Source of the DNA: Hydrotalea sp.
GTDB taxonomy: Bacteria > Bacteroidota > Bacteroidia > Chitinophagales > Chitinophagaceae
Direction of reading: 5' to 3'
Assembly (NCBI RefSeq): GCF_049968455.1
Contig: NZ_JBMFQT010000015.1
Span: forward strand, 6,285-70,284
DNA length: 64,000 bases
The number at the start of each line of letters is the position of its first letter. The first letter of the stretch is position 1. A program made the position numbers and the translations under genes. The notes beneath the pieces are model-generated. The model was not told where the DNA came from. It saw only the letters and a list, made by a program, of their open reading frames with translations, and searched no databases. Shown here piece after piece: positions 27,828-36,731 of the stretch.

Positions 27828-28438
27828 TAACAAAATTGTTCATAGTAGATGACCATTATATGGTAATTGAAGGCATTCATGCATTACTACAAAATGAAAA
27901 AAACATTGAGTGGATAGGGCACGCTATGAACGCAGATTCATGCCTGGCTTTTTTACAACACCAACAACCCGATATTATTTTAATGGATATTAGCCTTCCG
28001 GATACCAGTGGTATTGAGTTATGTAAGATGGTAAAAACAAAATACCCCGCTATTAATATAGTTGCCCTAAGCACATTTAATCAACAAAGCTTTATAAAAA
28101 AAATGATGGAAAATGGTGCTTCCGGCTATTTATTAAAAAATGCTTCCACTAAAGAAATTTTAGATTGCATTGAAACTACCATGAAAGGAAAATCTTATTT
28201 TAGTTTTGAAGTAGCTCAAACATTACGTTATCATTCCAATGATGAAATAATATTAACCCTTCGCGAAAAAGAAGTTTTAGCACTTATCGCGGAAGGATTA
28301 ACGAATCCGGAAATTGGACAACGTTTATTTATTAGCACCACTACAGTTGATTCACATCGAAAAAACATCCTTACAAAATTCAATGTAAAAAATACAGCAG
28401 CACTAATTCATGCTGCCATAAAAAAAGGCTTCTTATAA
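27824..28438 (+). CDS. NarL/FixJ-type response regulator (REC plus LuxR HTH)
   Basis: 'LFIVDDH', 'DIILMDISLPDTSG' and the C-terminal 'LTLREKEVLALIAEGLTNPEIGQRLFISTTTVDSHRKNIL'. A 4-bp ATGA overlap with the kinase gene indicates translational coupling. Confidence 0.92.
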   Translation: MITKLFIVDDHYMVIEGIHALLQNEKNIEWIGHAMNADSCLAFLQHQQPDIILMDISLPDTSGIELCKMVKTKYPAINIVALSTFNQQSFIKKMMENGASGYLLKNASTKEILDCIETTMKGKSYFSFEVAQTLRYHSNDEIILTLREKEVLALIAEGLTNPEIGQRLFISTTTVDSHRKNILTKFNVKNTAALIHAAIKKGFL

Positions 28439-28514
28439 ATTGCCGTTTATTTGAAGAAATTAATCATGCCATTACTCGGTTATTTTGGTACATTTAAGTA
28501 CTAAATTGTAATGT

Positions 28515-28916
28515 ATGTCTGTTACTGCTACTATTCATCAGGAACAATACCAAACCCTTTTAGATACGCCATCGGGTATATTCATAGCCGATGAACATAT
28601 TGAAGTAGGCGGAACACAAAAGGGAATGAACCCACATGAGTTGTTATTGGGAAGTTTAGCTTCCTGCACTGCTATTACCTTACGTATGTATGCCAATAGA
28701 AAAGAATGGCCATTAGATAGTGTTCAGGTAAATGTGAATATTACAGTTGAAGCAGATGCAACAAAGGGTACCATTTTTGAAAGATCTATTCAGCTAAACG
28801 GCAATCTTTCTGCTGAACAAAAAGAAAGATTATTGTATATAGCCAATCGTTGCCCTATACACAAAATATTGTCAGGTGCCTTGCACATAGAAACTAATTT
28901 AAACAACGGAATATGA
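28515..28916 (+). CDS. OsmC-family protein
   Basis: 'NPHELLLGSLASCTAITLRMYA' and 'IANRCPIHKIL' are the two conserved Cys motifs of OsmC-like proteins. Confidence 0.85.
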   Translation: MSVTATIHQEQYQTLLDTPSGIFIADEHIEVGGTQKGMNPHELLLGSLASCTAITLRMYANRKEWPLDSVQVNVNITVEADATKGTIFERSIQLNGNLSAEQKERLLYIANRCPIHKILSGALHIETNLNNGI

Positions 28917-29171
28917 ACTAAGAAATAAGCTACAAAAATGAAATAGACCAATGCAGTAGGTAGTATTTTGGATTCCATATTTTTAATTGCGGAACAATTT
29001 ATCTTGCTATCAAAACACAGGATGTAATAAAAATAATAGGGTTTACAGGTGTCAATTCAGCAATTTTTTGCCATCTGCCTTTTCTTAATTACATTAGACA
29101 AGGGTGATGAAAGTTCACACCCACTCATTTGCAACCCTTTCTTTTTTTTGAGCAACAACTAAAAATGCCGT

Positions 29172-30479
29172 ATGAATAAAAAATTAGTTTTATGGTCAAT
29201 TACCGTTGGCTTGGGCGGTTTACTGTTTGGTATGGATGTAGCTGTTATATCCGGAGCAGAACAAGCCATACAACAACTTTGGCAACTGAGTAATTGGATG
29301 CATGGTACGGCAATAGCTATGGCTTTATATGGTACTGCATTTGGTGCAGCCTTTGGCAATATACCTGCCAATAAAATAGGCAGAAAGAAAACACTGTTTT
29401 GGATTGGTGTTTTATTTTTACTTACCTCTATTGGAGCCGCCGTTTCAACTAACGTATATGCATTTATGCTATTCCGTTTTATTAGCGGATTAAGTATTGG
29501 CGCCTCTTCGGTAGTTGCACCGGTGTACATTTCAGAAATTGCCCCACCAAAATACAGGGGTAGAATGGTGATATCCTTTCAATTAAATGTGGTAGCGGGT
29601 ATATTAATTGCCTATTTTTCTAATTACCTATTACAAGGTTTTGATGGCAAAAATGATTGGCGTTGGATGCTGGGCGTTGTTGCCATTCCTTCTGCGGCAT
29701 TTTCTATTCTAATGATATTTACCCCGGAAACTCCACGCTGGTTGGTATTGTATAAAAAAGATGATGCTGCAGCCAGAAAAGTATTGGCCCTTACGGAAGA
29801 CAATACCGATCATTTAATTGAACGTATTAAACAATCGGTTAGTTCCAATACAGAAAGGCTTTTTCAAAAAAAGCATCTTCGCCTGCTAATATTGGCATTT
29901 CTTATTGCTTTTTTTAACCAGCTTTCCGGCATCAATGCCATTATTTATTTTGCTCCTAAAGTTTTTGAAATGGCAGGCATAGGCCGCAGTGCTGCATTAT
30001 TTTCAACTGTAGGTATTGGTGTAGTGAACTTAATTTTTACTATTATCGGCTGGTCGTTGATTGATAAGTTTGGCCGACGTACGCTAATGTTTATCGGCTC
30101 CTTCGGGTACATTATATCTTTATCCTTAATTGCCATTGCTTTTAATAGCACTAACCATAGCATGATTGTTTATTATGTATTCATGTTTATAGCGGCGCAT
30201 GCTGTAGGCCAAGGTGCGGTAATATGGGTATTTTTATCTGAGTTATTTCCCAATGCCATACGTGCCAGCGGTACTTCGTTTGGCTGTTTAACCCATTGGT
30301 TTTTTGCAGCCTTGGTTGCACAGGTATTTCCATTTTTTGCAGCTACGGTTTCAGGTACCCTTATTTTTGGCTTCTTTGCCTTTATGATGGTATTGCAACT
30401 TTTGTACGTTTGGAAAATGATGCCGGAAACAAAAGGTATTGCGTTAGAAAATATGGAAAGCACCCTTGTGTTACATTAA
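29172..30479 (+). CDS. Sugar porter-family MFS transporter
   Basis: 'GRKKTL', 'ISEIAPPKYRGR', 'PETPRWL' and 'PETKG' are sugar-transporter signatures, with 12 TM helices. Confidence 0.9.
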   Translation: MNKKLVLWSITVGLGGLLFGMDVAVISGAEQAIQQLWQLSNWMHGTAIAMALYGTAFGAAFGNIPANKIGRKKTLFWIGVLFLLTSIGAAVSTNVYAFMLFRFISGLSIGASSVVAPVYISEIAPPKYRGRMVISFQLNVVAGILIAYFSNYLLQGFDGKNDWRWMLGVVAIPSAAFSILMIFTPETPRWLVLYKKDDAAARKVLALTEDNTDHLIERIKQSVSSNTERLFQKKHLRLLILAFLIAFFNQLSGINAIIYFAPKVFEMAGIGRSAALFSTVGIGVVNLIFTIIGWSLIDKFGRRTLMFIGSFGYIISLSLIAIAFNSTNHSMIVYYVFMFIAAHAVGQGAVIWVFLSELFPNAIRASGTSFGCLTHWFFAALVAQVFPFFAATVSGTLIFGFFAFMMVLQLLYVWKMMPETKGIALENMESTLVLH

Positions 30480-30500
30480 TAGTAACAACAATTATTAAAA

Positions 30501-31469
30501 CTATTCCAATGCATGTATAAATGCTACAACGGTTTTCACTAATTGGGTGTTAATTGGGAGATTCGGATTATTATAAGTAGCAATATTGGCATTCCTATCG
30601 CCATTTACATGCTTAAAAATATGATTCATTCCGGGTATAATAACCAATTGGGCAGCAGGGTCGGCTTGTGCTAATAATTTTGCATCGGCTTCTGAAATTT
30701 GTATATCGGCCGTACCTTGAATAATGCAAACAGGCATATCCTTCAATGCAGCAATAGCTTTTGCAGGATTGTATTGAAACCACGAAATTAAATAAGGCTG
30801 TACCGAAGGGCGAAACAAACTATACAACAATGGATTCACATAACGTAAGGTATCGCCCCGTTGTAAGGTATCTATATCAGCATCAATTATTTGTTTAAAC
30901 GGTTCAGGTTGTGTAGCCAATTGTGTTTTTAAAATATCAGCCGCAGGCATACCGGCTCCTGCAATCGACACAAAGGCATTCGCGTTATGCTTCGCAGCTA
31001 ACATACCAATAAGCGACCCTTCACTATGACCAATAACAATTATTTTATTGAAACGGTTATCCTTTTGTAGTAATTGTAACCAGCCAATAGCATCATTTAC
31101 ATAATTGTTAAAACGAATATCTTTTTCTGCCTTTAAAGCCGCAGCACTGGCTCCCACTCCACGTTTATCGTATCGTACACTAGCAATGCCATTATTAGCC
31201 AAACTATCGGCCAACATTCGTAGGCTGCCATTGTGCATAGTGGGATTATTTCCATTTCTATCTGTAGGCCCGGAACCGGCTATAATTAAGACTACAGGTA
31301 TAGGTGTGCTTTTTTCCGGAAGCATTAAGGTACCTTCAATGGATCCGGATGCCGTTTGCAAAACAATAGGTATTTCATGCACTGCAGCAGGTGTTTGAGC
31401 AAATGATGAAGAAAATAAAGTGGTAATAATAATGACAAAAAAAATGAAAATAAATGTATGCAGTTTCAT
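30501..31469 (-). CDS. Alpha/beta hydrolase, secreted
   Basis: Signal peptide, the nucleophile elbow 'VIGHSEGS', and a late 'GMNHIF' His region. Confidence 0.8.
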   Translation of the reverse strand: MKLHTFIFIFFVIIITTLFSSSFAQTPAAVHEIPIVLQTASGSIEGTLMLPEKSTPIPVVLIIAGSGPTDRNGNNPTMHNGSLRMLADSLANNGIASVRYDKRGVGASAAALKAEKDIRFNNYVNDAIGWLQLLQKDNRFNKIIVIGHSEGSLIGMLAAKHNANAFVSIAGAGMPAADILKTQLATQPEPFKQIIDADIDTLQRGDTLRYVNPLLYSLFRPSVQPYLISWFQYNPAKAIAALKDMPVCIIQGTADIQISEADAKLLAQADPAAQLVIIPGMNHIFKHVNGDRNANIATYNNPNLPINTQLVKTVVAFIHALE

Positions 31470-31470
31470 G

Positions 31471-32217
31471 TTAATGATTTTGTTGCAAATAATTATCTAC
31501 CAAATGGGCGGTATGTTCTATATTTTGAGGACTATACCCATCTAAATGGCCGGGAATAACAAAAGTAGCCCCCGCAAAACGTTGCATGGTTTTTTGAATG
31601 GCCAATCGCCATTCAGGCACGTTAGCATCTGATAAATTACCAATATCATTGGTTGCAACGCTTTTAATAAAACAGCCCCCATACAATATTTTTTCTTTTG
31701 GAAACCATACTACAATATTATCGGCACTATGCCCGGGGCCGGGATAATATGTTTGCAACTGTACATTACCTACCGTAAAAACAGTATCCTTTGTAAAAGT
31801 ATATTCAGCTATACCTTCCTTTTTTTTGATACACAAGTTTTTTGTTTGTTGAGAACTATAGGTTTTAATACCCTTAGAAGCATAATAAGGCAAGCCAATA
31901 GTTCTATCGGCATGAAAATGTGTTGCTATACAAAGCACCACCCGTTGATGATGCCGTTTCCATATAGAATCTAATAAAGGTTGCAATTGGGCAGTATCCC
32001 ATGGTGTATCAAGCAATACCACCCCTTTTTTGGAAACCACATACATGCCATTGGCCGGATACAGCAATCCATCTACGTTACCATAGGTAATATAAACATA
32101 AAAGTTGCCATACAAATTCCGAATGGTTAATGGTGTATGGTTTTGCTTTGGAAAGGCTATTTGACAAATCATTACAAAAAATAAAATCAATAAACACCTG
32201 CCTTTTAGCTTTTTCAT
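31471..32217 (-). CDS. Subclass B1 metallo-beta-lactamase
   Basis: 'ATHFHADRTIG' (HxHxD), 'GPGHSADNIVVW' (His196 region), 'LYGGCFIKS' (Cys221) and 'VIPGHLD' (His263), plus a signal peptide. The start is ATG 32217 or 32226. Confidence 0.85.
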   Translation of the reverse strand: MKKLKGRCLLILFFVMICQIAFPKQNHTPLTIRNLYGNFYVYITYGNVDGLLYPANGMYVVSKKGVVLLDTPWDTAQLQPLLDSIWKRHHQRVVLCIATHFHADRTIGLPYYASKGIKTYSSQQTKNLCIKKKEGIAEYTFTKDTVFTVGNVQLQTYYPGPGHSADNIVVWFPKEKILYGGCFIKSVATNDIGNLSDANVPEWRLAIQKTMQRFAGATFVIPGHLDGYSPQNIEHTAHLVDNYLQQNH

Positions 32218-32269
32218 GAAATACATATAAAAAGGTGTGGTAAGGAAAACAATCCTATGAAATTACAAA

Positions 32270-32911
32270 TTACACAGCTAATAATATAGCTACATAATGA
32301 CAAACGGCAGCAACTAATACAAAAAAATGCCAGATAGCGTGGTTATAGGGATATTTATTCCACAAATAAAATACTACACCTATTAAGTAAAGCACACCAC
32401 CAATTACAATCATGGTCATTACAGGCATAGGAATGGTAATAAAAAAAGTATTCCCTCCTACTAATAAAATACAACCCATTCCAATATAAATAAACGTAGA
32501 AAGGATATTCCATTTTCCTGTAAAAAAAATTTTGAATATAATACCAAGGGCAGTCAGGCTCCATAGTGTTACCAGTACACTAATACCAAACGTATTGTGC
32601 AGGTAGATTAACAAAAAGGGCGTATAAGTGCCTGCAATCAGAAAATAAATACTAATATGGTCTAATATTTCCAGTACCCTTTTTATTTGTAAATTTTGAA
32701 AGCCATGGTATAGGGTAGAAAATGTGAAAAGTTGCAAAAAACAAAAACCATAAATAGCCGCACCTATTACACCGGGTGTATGGTTACTTTTAAATGCTAA
32801 TACAATTAATATAGGAATGCTTACAATACCGAAAATAATACCAAAGCCATGAATAATGCTATTTACAATTTCCTGCTTTAAAGTGTTTGGCGGTGTGGCA
32901 TGATGCGTCAT
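32270..32911 (-). CDS. Hemolysin III/PAQR-family membrane protein
   Basis: 7 TM helices, with 'NSIIHGFG', 'STLYHG', 'LDHISIYFLIAGTYTP' and the C-terminal 'HAIWHFFVL'. The ATG at 32911 is preferred. Confidence 0.85.
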   Translation of the reverse strand: MTHHATPPNTLKQEIVNSIIHGFGIIFGIVSIPILIVLAFKSNHTPGVIGAAIYGFCFLQLFTFSTLYHGFQNLQIKRVLEILDHISIYFLIAGTYTPFLLIYLHNTFGISVLVTLWSLTALGIIFKIFFTGKWNILSTFIYIGMGCILLVGGNTFFITIPMPVMTMIVIGGVLYLIGVVFYLWNKYPYNHAIWHFFVLVAAVCHYVAILLAV

Positions 32912-33017
32912 GGCTATAGCGATAAATGAATACAATGCACTAAAGTTAGTGGAAAATAGAAGTTTTGAGGGTTGCACAGCATCTTTTAGTTACCCCGCAT
33001 GCAATTATAAAATGTTA

Positions 33018-34049
33018 TTATTGATTTGCCCAGGCTAACCCATCCGGCATTCCACCTACCTCCAGATGCTGGATCACCGTTAATTTTTTAAGATCAATCA
33101 CCGCAATATAATTATCGTTAGAACAGGCTACAAAAGCGCGTTTACAATCAGGATCCATTAATATTCCGGCTGCACCATGACCAAGTGATAATCTTTTTAT
33201 TTCCTGATGGGTATTGGCATCATAAATTGCTAAATCGCCTGTTTTAAGGCTTGATATAAAAACCATTGTGCCATCGGGTGTAAATTTCAATCGGTTCGCA
33301 CCTGTAATCTTTGCATCAATAATGGCTGTTACTTTTTTAGTTTTAAGATGAATAATATAAATATTTCCATTTTCTGCAGAAGCCGTCCATAATTCTTTCC
33401 CATTGGGCGATACATCCATTCCTTCCACTCCTTTTGCAGTAGGTATAATGGTTTGCGCCCAATCTTTATGTGCCGAGGCACCGGGAAAGGGTGTAAACAT
33501 CGTTTCTGATAAAATACTCACCGTACCGGAAGCAACATTAGTGGTATACACTTCTTTGCCATTGGGTGTAACATATAACATGTGGGTTCTGTCCTGTCCG
33601 GTACCCATTACCCAGTCGAATTGCTGGTTAGCAGGATTATATTGTCCCACACATTTTGATCCCTCTGCAGTAAACCAGAGTGCACCATTTGCAAAGGTTA
33701 GTCCATGTGGGCCTAATAATGGTTTGGTGTCTATATCGGGCAAAGGTTTTTGCGCCACCAAATCAATTACATTCAATGTATGTAAAGTACCCCCGCCATA
33801 AATTGACACAAATGCTTTTTTACCATCGGAAGAGGCAATCACCTCATGCGGATCAATACCCACCGGAATTTGCGTAATAACTTTTAAGGTAACAGGGTTT
33901 ACTATAGCCAGTGTATGATTGGTTTTTGAAAGCGCTAATAAGATTGATTTATGTAAAGGCTGTGCATTGACGTGAAGCACCATTAATAACATTATAGCGG
34001 CAAATGCCATGATGCTGTTTTTTTGCATCAATAGAAGTTTTAATAACAT
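33018..34049 (-). CDS. YncE/YVTN-like beta-propeller repeat protein, secreted
   Basis: Repeated '...P.gi..spDGk..yv....' units (DPHEVIASSDGKKAFV, GMDVSPNGKELWT, LKFTPDGTMVFIS, MDPDCKRAFVA) and a signal peptide. The exact start (34049, 34028 or 34010) is uncertain. Confidence 0.75.
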   Translation of the reverse strand: MLLKLLLMQKNSIMAFAAIMLLMVLHVNAQPLHKSILLALSKTNHTLAIVNPVTLKVITQIPVGIDPHEVIASSDGKKAFVSIYGGGTLHTLNVIDLVAQKPLPDIDTKPLLGPHGLTFANGALWFTAEGSKCVGQYNPANQQFDWVMGTGQDRTHMLYVTPNGKEVYTTNVASGTVSILSETMFTPFPGASAHKDWAQTIIPTAKGVEGMDVSPNGKELWTASAENGNIYIIHLKTKKVTAIIDAKITGANRLKFTPDGTMVFISSLKTGDLAIYDANTHQEIKRLSLGHGAAGILMDPDCKRAFVACSNDNYIAVIDLKKLTVIQHLEVGGMPDGLAWANQ

Positions 34050-34097
34050 ATAATAAAATGATAATTACAATATAGTGCCACCACTTCTCTTTACTTA

Positions 34098-35036
34098 CTA
34101 ATTCGCCGGTGTAATCACAATATTCCGAAATTCTATAGGCCCATGATCACCTTGAAAATAAATAGGCCCTGGGGCTGCCTCATCACTATCCAATGCACCA
34201 CCGGTAATACCGGGTATTTCACGGTTACAAATTACTTTAACACCATTGGCAACTACCGTAACCATTCTGCCAACTAAAGTAATATCAAACGACTGCCATT
34301 CACCGGGCGATTTAGCTACCATTTCACTGGGTGCAATAAATCCGTAAATAGCACTGAATAATCCAACGGCGGGCTCTTTGCCCTTGCTGTCTATAATCTG
34401 TACTTCATATCGGCCGCGCAAATACACCCCACTATTACTTTCTGCCGGATATTTGAATTCAACGTGCAGTTTAAAATCTTGAAATTTTTTATCGCTTACC
34501 AGGTTAGCGCCTGAATGCGGGCTTTTCAACACACCATTTTCAACCACCCATTGGTTGGGCCCCATGGCATGCCATCCGGTTAAATCTTTGCCATTGAATA
34601 AGCGAATAGGTTCGCCCCAAACCACCGGCTTATTGCGATGCAAGCGAGGAGCTCTATGTGCAGTCCACGTAAAATTTTCGCCCTCACTGCTTACGCCGGT
34701 TCCAACCAAACTATCCCCCTGTAAGGTACCTTCAATACTTAAATATTTGGTTGCTGCTTCCCATTGGGGCGGAATAGCAAAATGCATTTTATTGTTGTCG
34801 AAAAACACTTCCGAAATAGGGCGAGCACTACCACCGGGGCCTACAAATTGGCCAACCAATGTTTTCAAGCCGGAATGATAAACGCCTAACCAGGAAGGCA
34901 ATGCCTTACCGTTTAAATGCAATACCATATCCCATCTGCCCTCTAAAGGTGAACCTTCCGGAGGCATTACTACCTGTGCATGCGCTACAATATGCATAAG
35001 AAACAAAAAAAATGTGAGGAAAGATAGCTTTTTCAT
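34098..35036 (-). CDS. DUF1080 (3-keto-disaccharide hydrolase-like) domain protein, secreted
   Basis: 'LFNGKDLTGWH', 'NSGVYLRGRYEVQIID' and 'GPIYFQGDHGPIEFRNI' are hallmarks of DUF1080/LamG-like proteins. The ATG at 35036 gives the signal MKKLSFLTFFLFLMHIVAHAQ. Confidence 0.85.
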   Translation of the reverse strand: MKKLSFLTFFLFLMHIVAHAQVVMPPEGSPLEGRWDMVLHLNGKALPSWLGVYHSGLKTLVGQFVGPGGSARPISEVFFDNNKMHFAIPPQWEAATKYLSIEGTLQGDSLVGTGVSSEGENFTWTAHRAPRLHRNKPVVWGEPIRLFNGKDLTGWHAMGPNQWVVENGVLKSPHSGANLVSDKKFQDFKLHVEFKYPAESNSGVYLRGRYEVQIIDSKGKEPAVGLFSAIYGFIAPSEMVAKSPGEWQSFDITLVGRMVTVVANGVKVICNREIPGITGGALDSDEAAPGPIYFQGDHGPIEFRNIVITPAN

Positions 35037-35361
35037 AAGCAAGTACCATTTAATGAGGTTAGGAATGAAACAAACAATGGAACAACAGGCTTTGTTTGCA
35101 TAGCATGAAATTACAGTTTTTGAAGCAGTCAGAAAAAAATTCAGGATTAAACCTCTTTTACTTATTTTAATGTAATATTTTTTATATGCTTATACTTTCA
35201 GAAAATCAAAGCCAACTTTGGGTTTCATCAATATATTAAGAAAAGAAATTACAATACCTACTGTTTGCCGAAGGAATGATGTACAATAAGAAAAATAACA
35301 CAGTTTGAACCGTCAGTATCAATACCCTCTTCGCCACTATTGTCCAACTGCAAGGCTTTAC

Positions 35362-35400
35362 AGCACAAAATAAAAAGGAACCTTTTACAAGGTTGCCTTT
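35362..35400 (-). terminator. Rho-independent terminator on the minus strand, downstream of the ORF6N gene and repeat copy A
   Basis: Stem AAAGGAACCTT / AAGGTT(G)CCTTT (35374-35384 and 35389-35400, one bulge). On the minus strand it is followed by TTATTTTG. Confidence 0.6.
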
Positions 35401-35421
35401 GGAAAGCTTCCAACGGACTGC

Positions 35422-35598
35422 CTACCCACAGTTCTAAATTTTTAAAGCATGTGCTGCTGGTGGCGGGGTTTTGAGGGGTGGGTGATTATTGGATGGATAT
35501 TGTTATTAGTAGCTGCATGCTAAAAATGTACAGTGTAGGCGCAGCCAATACAGAGAGAAAATTTTTATGTTGGACAAACTACGCGGAGGTGAGGGATG
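35422..35598 (+). repeat. Copy A of a ~180-bp diverged direct repeat flanking the ORF6N gene
   Basis: Aligns by eye with 36232-36417 at roughly two thirds identity. Shared blocks are CTACC..AGTTCTAA, GGTGGCGGGGTTTTGA/GGTGGTGAGGTTTTGA, TGATTATTG, GTAGCTG, GTAGGC, TTATGTTGGACAAACTACGCGGAGG/TTGATGTTGATAAACTACGCTGAGG. It ends 13 nt before the ORF6N stop codon. Confidence 0.75.
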
Positions 35599-35611
35599 TT
35601 TAGTGTGTAGC

Positions 35612-36157
35612 TTATTCTTCGTCTTTTTCTTTTATAAATCCTATTCTCCTTCTTGGTACATGATTATTTTGTTTTTCAATTAACTCCTTCAATACCATAA
35701 AAATATTTTCAATGTCTTTGCTGTTCCCCTTTACCTCTTTTTCTAGTTTGGATAATTGTAGCAGTATCTCTTTATGTGTTAAAGCGTATTCCCTAAGTTT
35801 TGTAAATACCCTTATTATCCTAATGTTTACTTCTATTGCGACATTGCTGTTTAAAACACTCGACAACATGGCTACTCCCTGTTCTGTAAAAGCTTTGGGC
35901 AGTTTTCTTCTTCCACCCCAATTTGATGTCGCATTTTGCGACTTCAAGTTTTCATACTCCTTTTTAGTTAGGCTAAACATAAAATCCTTCGGAAACCTCT
36001 TGCTATTGCGTTTTACCTGCTCATTCAGACGTCTTGTTTCAACACCGTACATTTCTGCTAAATCTTCGTCTAACATTACTTTCTGATTTCGGATAACATA
36101 AATCCTATTTAGTATTTTTTGTTCTGCCACTAATACCTGTAATTCTTTCTTTGCCAT
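35612..36157 (-). CDS. ORF6N-domain (KilA-N-like) DNA-binding protein
   Basis: 'IYVIRNQKVMLDEDLAEMYGVETRRLNEQVKRNSKRFPKDFMFSLTKKEYENL...WGGRRKLPKAFTEQGVAMLSSVL' is the ORF6N domain signature common in Bacteroidota mobile/phage-related genes. The C-terminus is a coiled coil. Confidence 0.85.
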   Translation of the reverse strand: MAKKELQVLVAEQKILNRIYVIRNQKVMLDEDLAEMYGVETRRLNEQVKRNSKRFPKDFMFSLTKKEYENLKSQNATSNWGGRRKLPKAFTEQGVAMLSSVLNSNVAIEVNIRIIRVFTKLREYALTHKEILLQLSKLEKEVKGNSKDIENIFMVLKELIEKQNNHVPRRRIGFIKEKDEE

Positions 36158-36231
36158 TGTAATTTTTTGATTGCGTAAATATAAAGTTTAAAAAACTGAA
36201 GATCGAAAATTGCAACTTCCAATTTGGATGA

Positions 36232-36417
36232 CTACCAAGAGTTCTAACTTTCTAAAAGATATAATGGCGGTGGTGAGGTTTTGAAAAAATGTTGATTATT
36301 GCGAGAATATGGTTGGTGGTAGCTGAAGGCTACTAAAAAGAAGGCGTAGGCTAAGCCTTACGCCTACTGCGTTTTATTATTTTGATGTTGATAAACTACG
36401 CTGAGGAAAGGGCAATG
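36232..36417 (+). repeat. Copy B of the ~180-bp direct repeat; contains a strong hairpin followed by a T-tract
   Basis: See copy A. The insertion relative to A forms AGGCGTAGGCT-A-AGCC(T)TACGCCT (36342-36365), followed by GTTTTATTATTTT. Confidence 0.75.
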
Positions 36418-36602
36418 GTCCGGCGGGTGTTTTTGCTAAATTGGTAACCCGCAACAGTTACAACTGTATCACCCCCTTATAAACTGGATAGATTTTCAAA
36501 AACAGTTTGACTTTTTTGATGCTTTTGCTCTTGAAAGATACCCAGTTTTTGGTTAATAAATCTCTAATTATCTTTTATTCTTCGACTGTCTAGACCCTTT
36601 AC

Positions 36603-36670
36603 ACAGTTTTCTAAACACTACCTCATAACCCCGCCAACTTGGCACACTTTTAATGAAATCTACTTGGTAC
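36603..36670 (-). repeat. Copy C: inverted partial copy of the left part of repeats A/B
   Basis: The reverse complement 'GTACCAAGTAGATTTCATTAAAAGTGTGCCAAGTTGGCGGGGTTATGAGGTAGTG' parallels the first ~70 nt of A/B. The core CCTCATAACCCCGCCA (36621-36636) is the inverse of TGGCGGGGTTTTGAGG (35461-35476), matching at 15 of 16 positions. Confidence 0.6.
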
Positions 36671-36731
36671 CTTACTCGAGGCTGCTTCGAGACTGCTTCG
36701 AGTCAACAGCGTTGCGCAACGCTGTTGATAG
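36671..36731. repeat. Copy 2 of the CTTCGA-plus-hairpin element, here a perfect 26-bp palindrome
   Basis: 'CTTACTCGAGGCTGCTTCGAGACTGCTTCGAGTCAACAGCGTTGCGCAACGCTGTTGATAG'. TCAACAGCGTTGCGCAACGCTGTTGA (36703-36728) is perfectly self-complementary. It matches 10831-10891. Confidence 0.8.

Noticed and set aside
35712-36086. 124-aa plus-strand ORF antisense to the ORF6N gene. Similar long antisense ORFs occur at 357-575, 3627-4040, 5069-5353, 5946-6182, 8005-8256, 22463-22837, 27131-27496, 31105-31398, 33403-33801, 34555-34878, 38356-38637, 53422-53658 and 56758-57090.
   Set aside because: Each lies wholly inside a much longer ORF on the opposite strand that has clear family motifs. Their products are low-complexity or Ser/Pro/Ile-rich with no motifs. 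These are typical shadow ORFs.
35422-36731. Considered a CRISPR array, integron attC cassette array, invertible promoter, or att sites of an integrated element.
   Set aside because: The units are about 180 bp, only about two thirds identical and irregularly spaced, so this is not CRISPR-like. I could not find the RYYYAAC/GTTRRRY attC boundaries. The inverted cores match over only 16 nt, and no invertase, integrase or intI gene is in the window. Divergence is too high for recent attL/attR duplication. It is left as an open finding.
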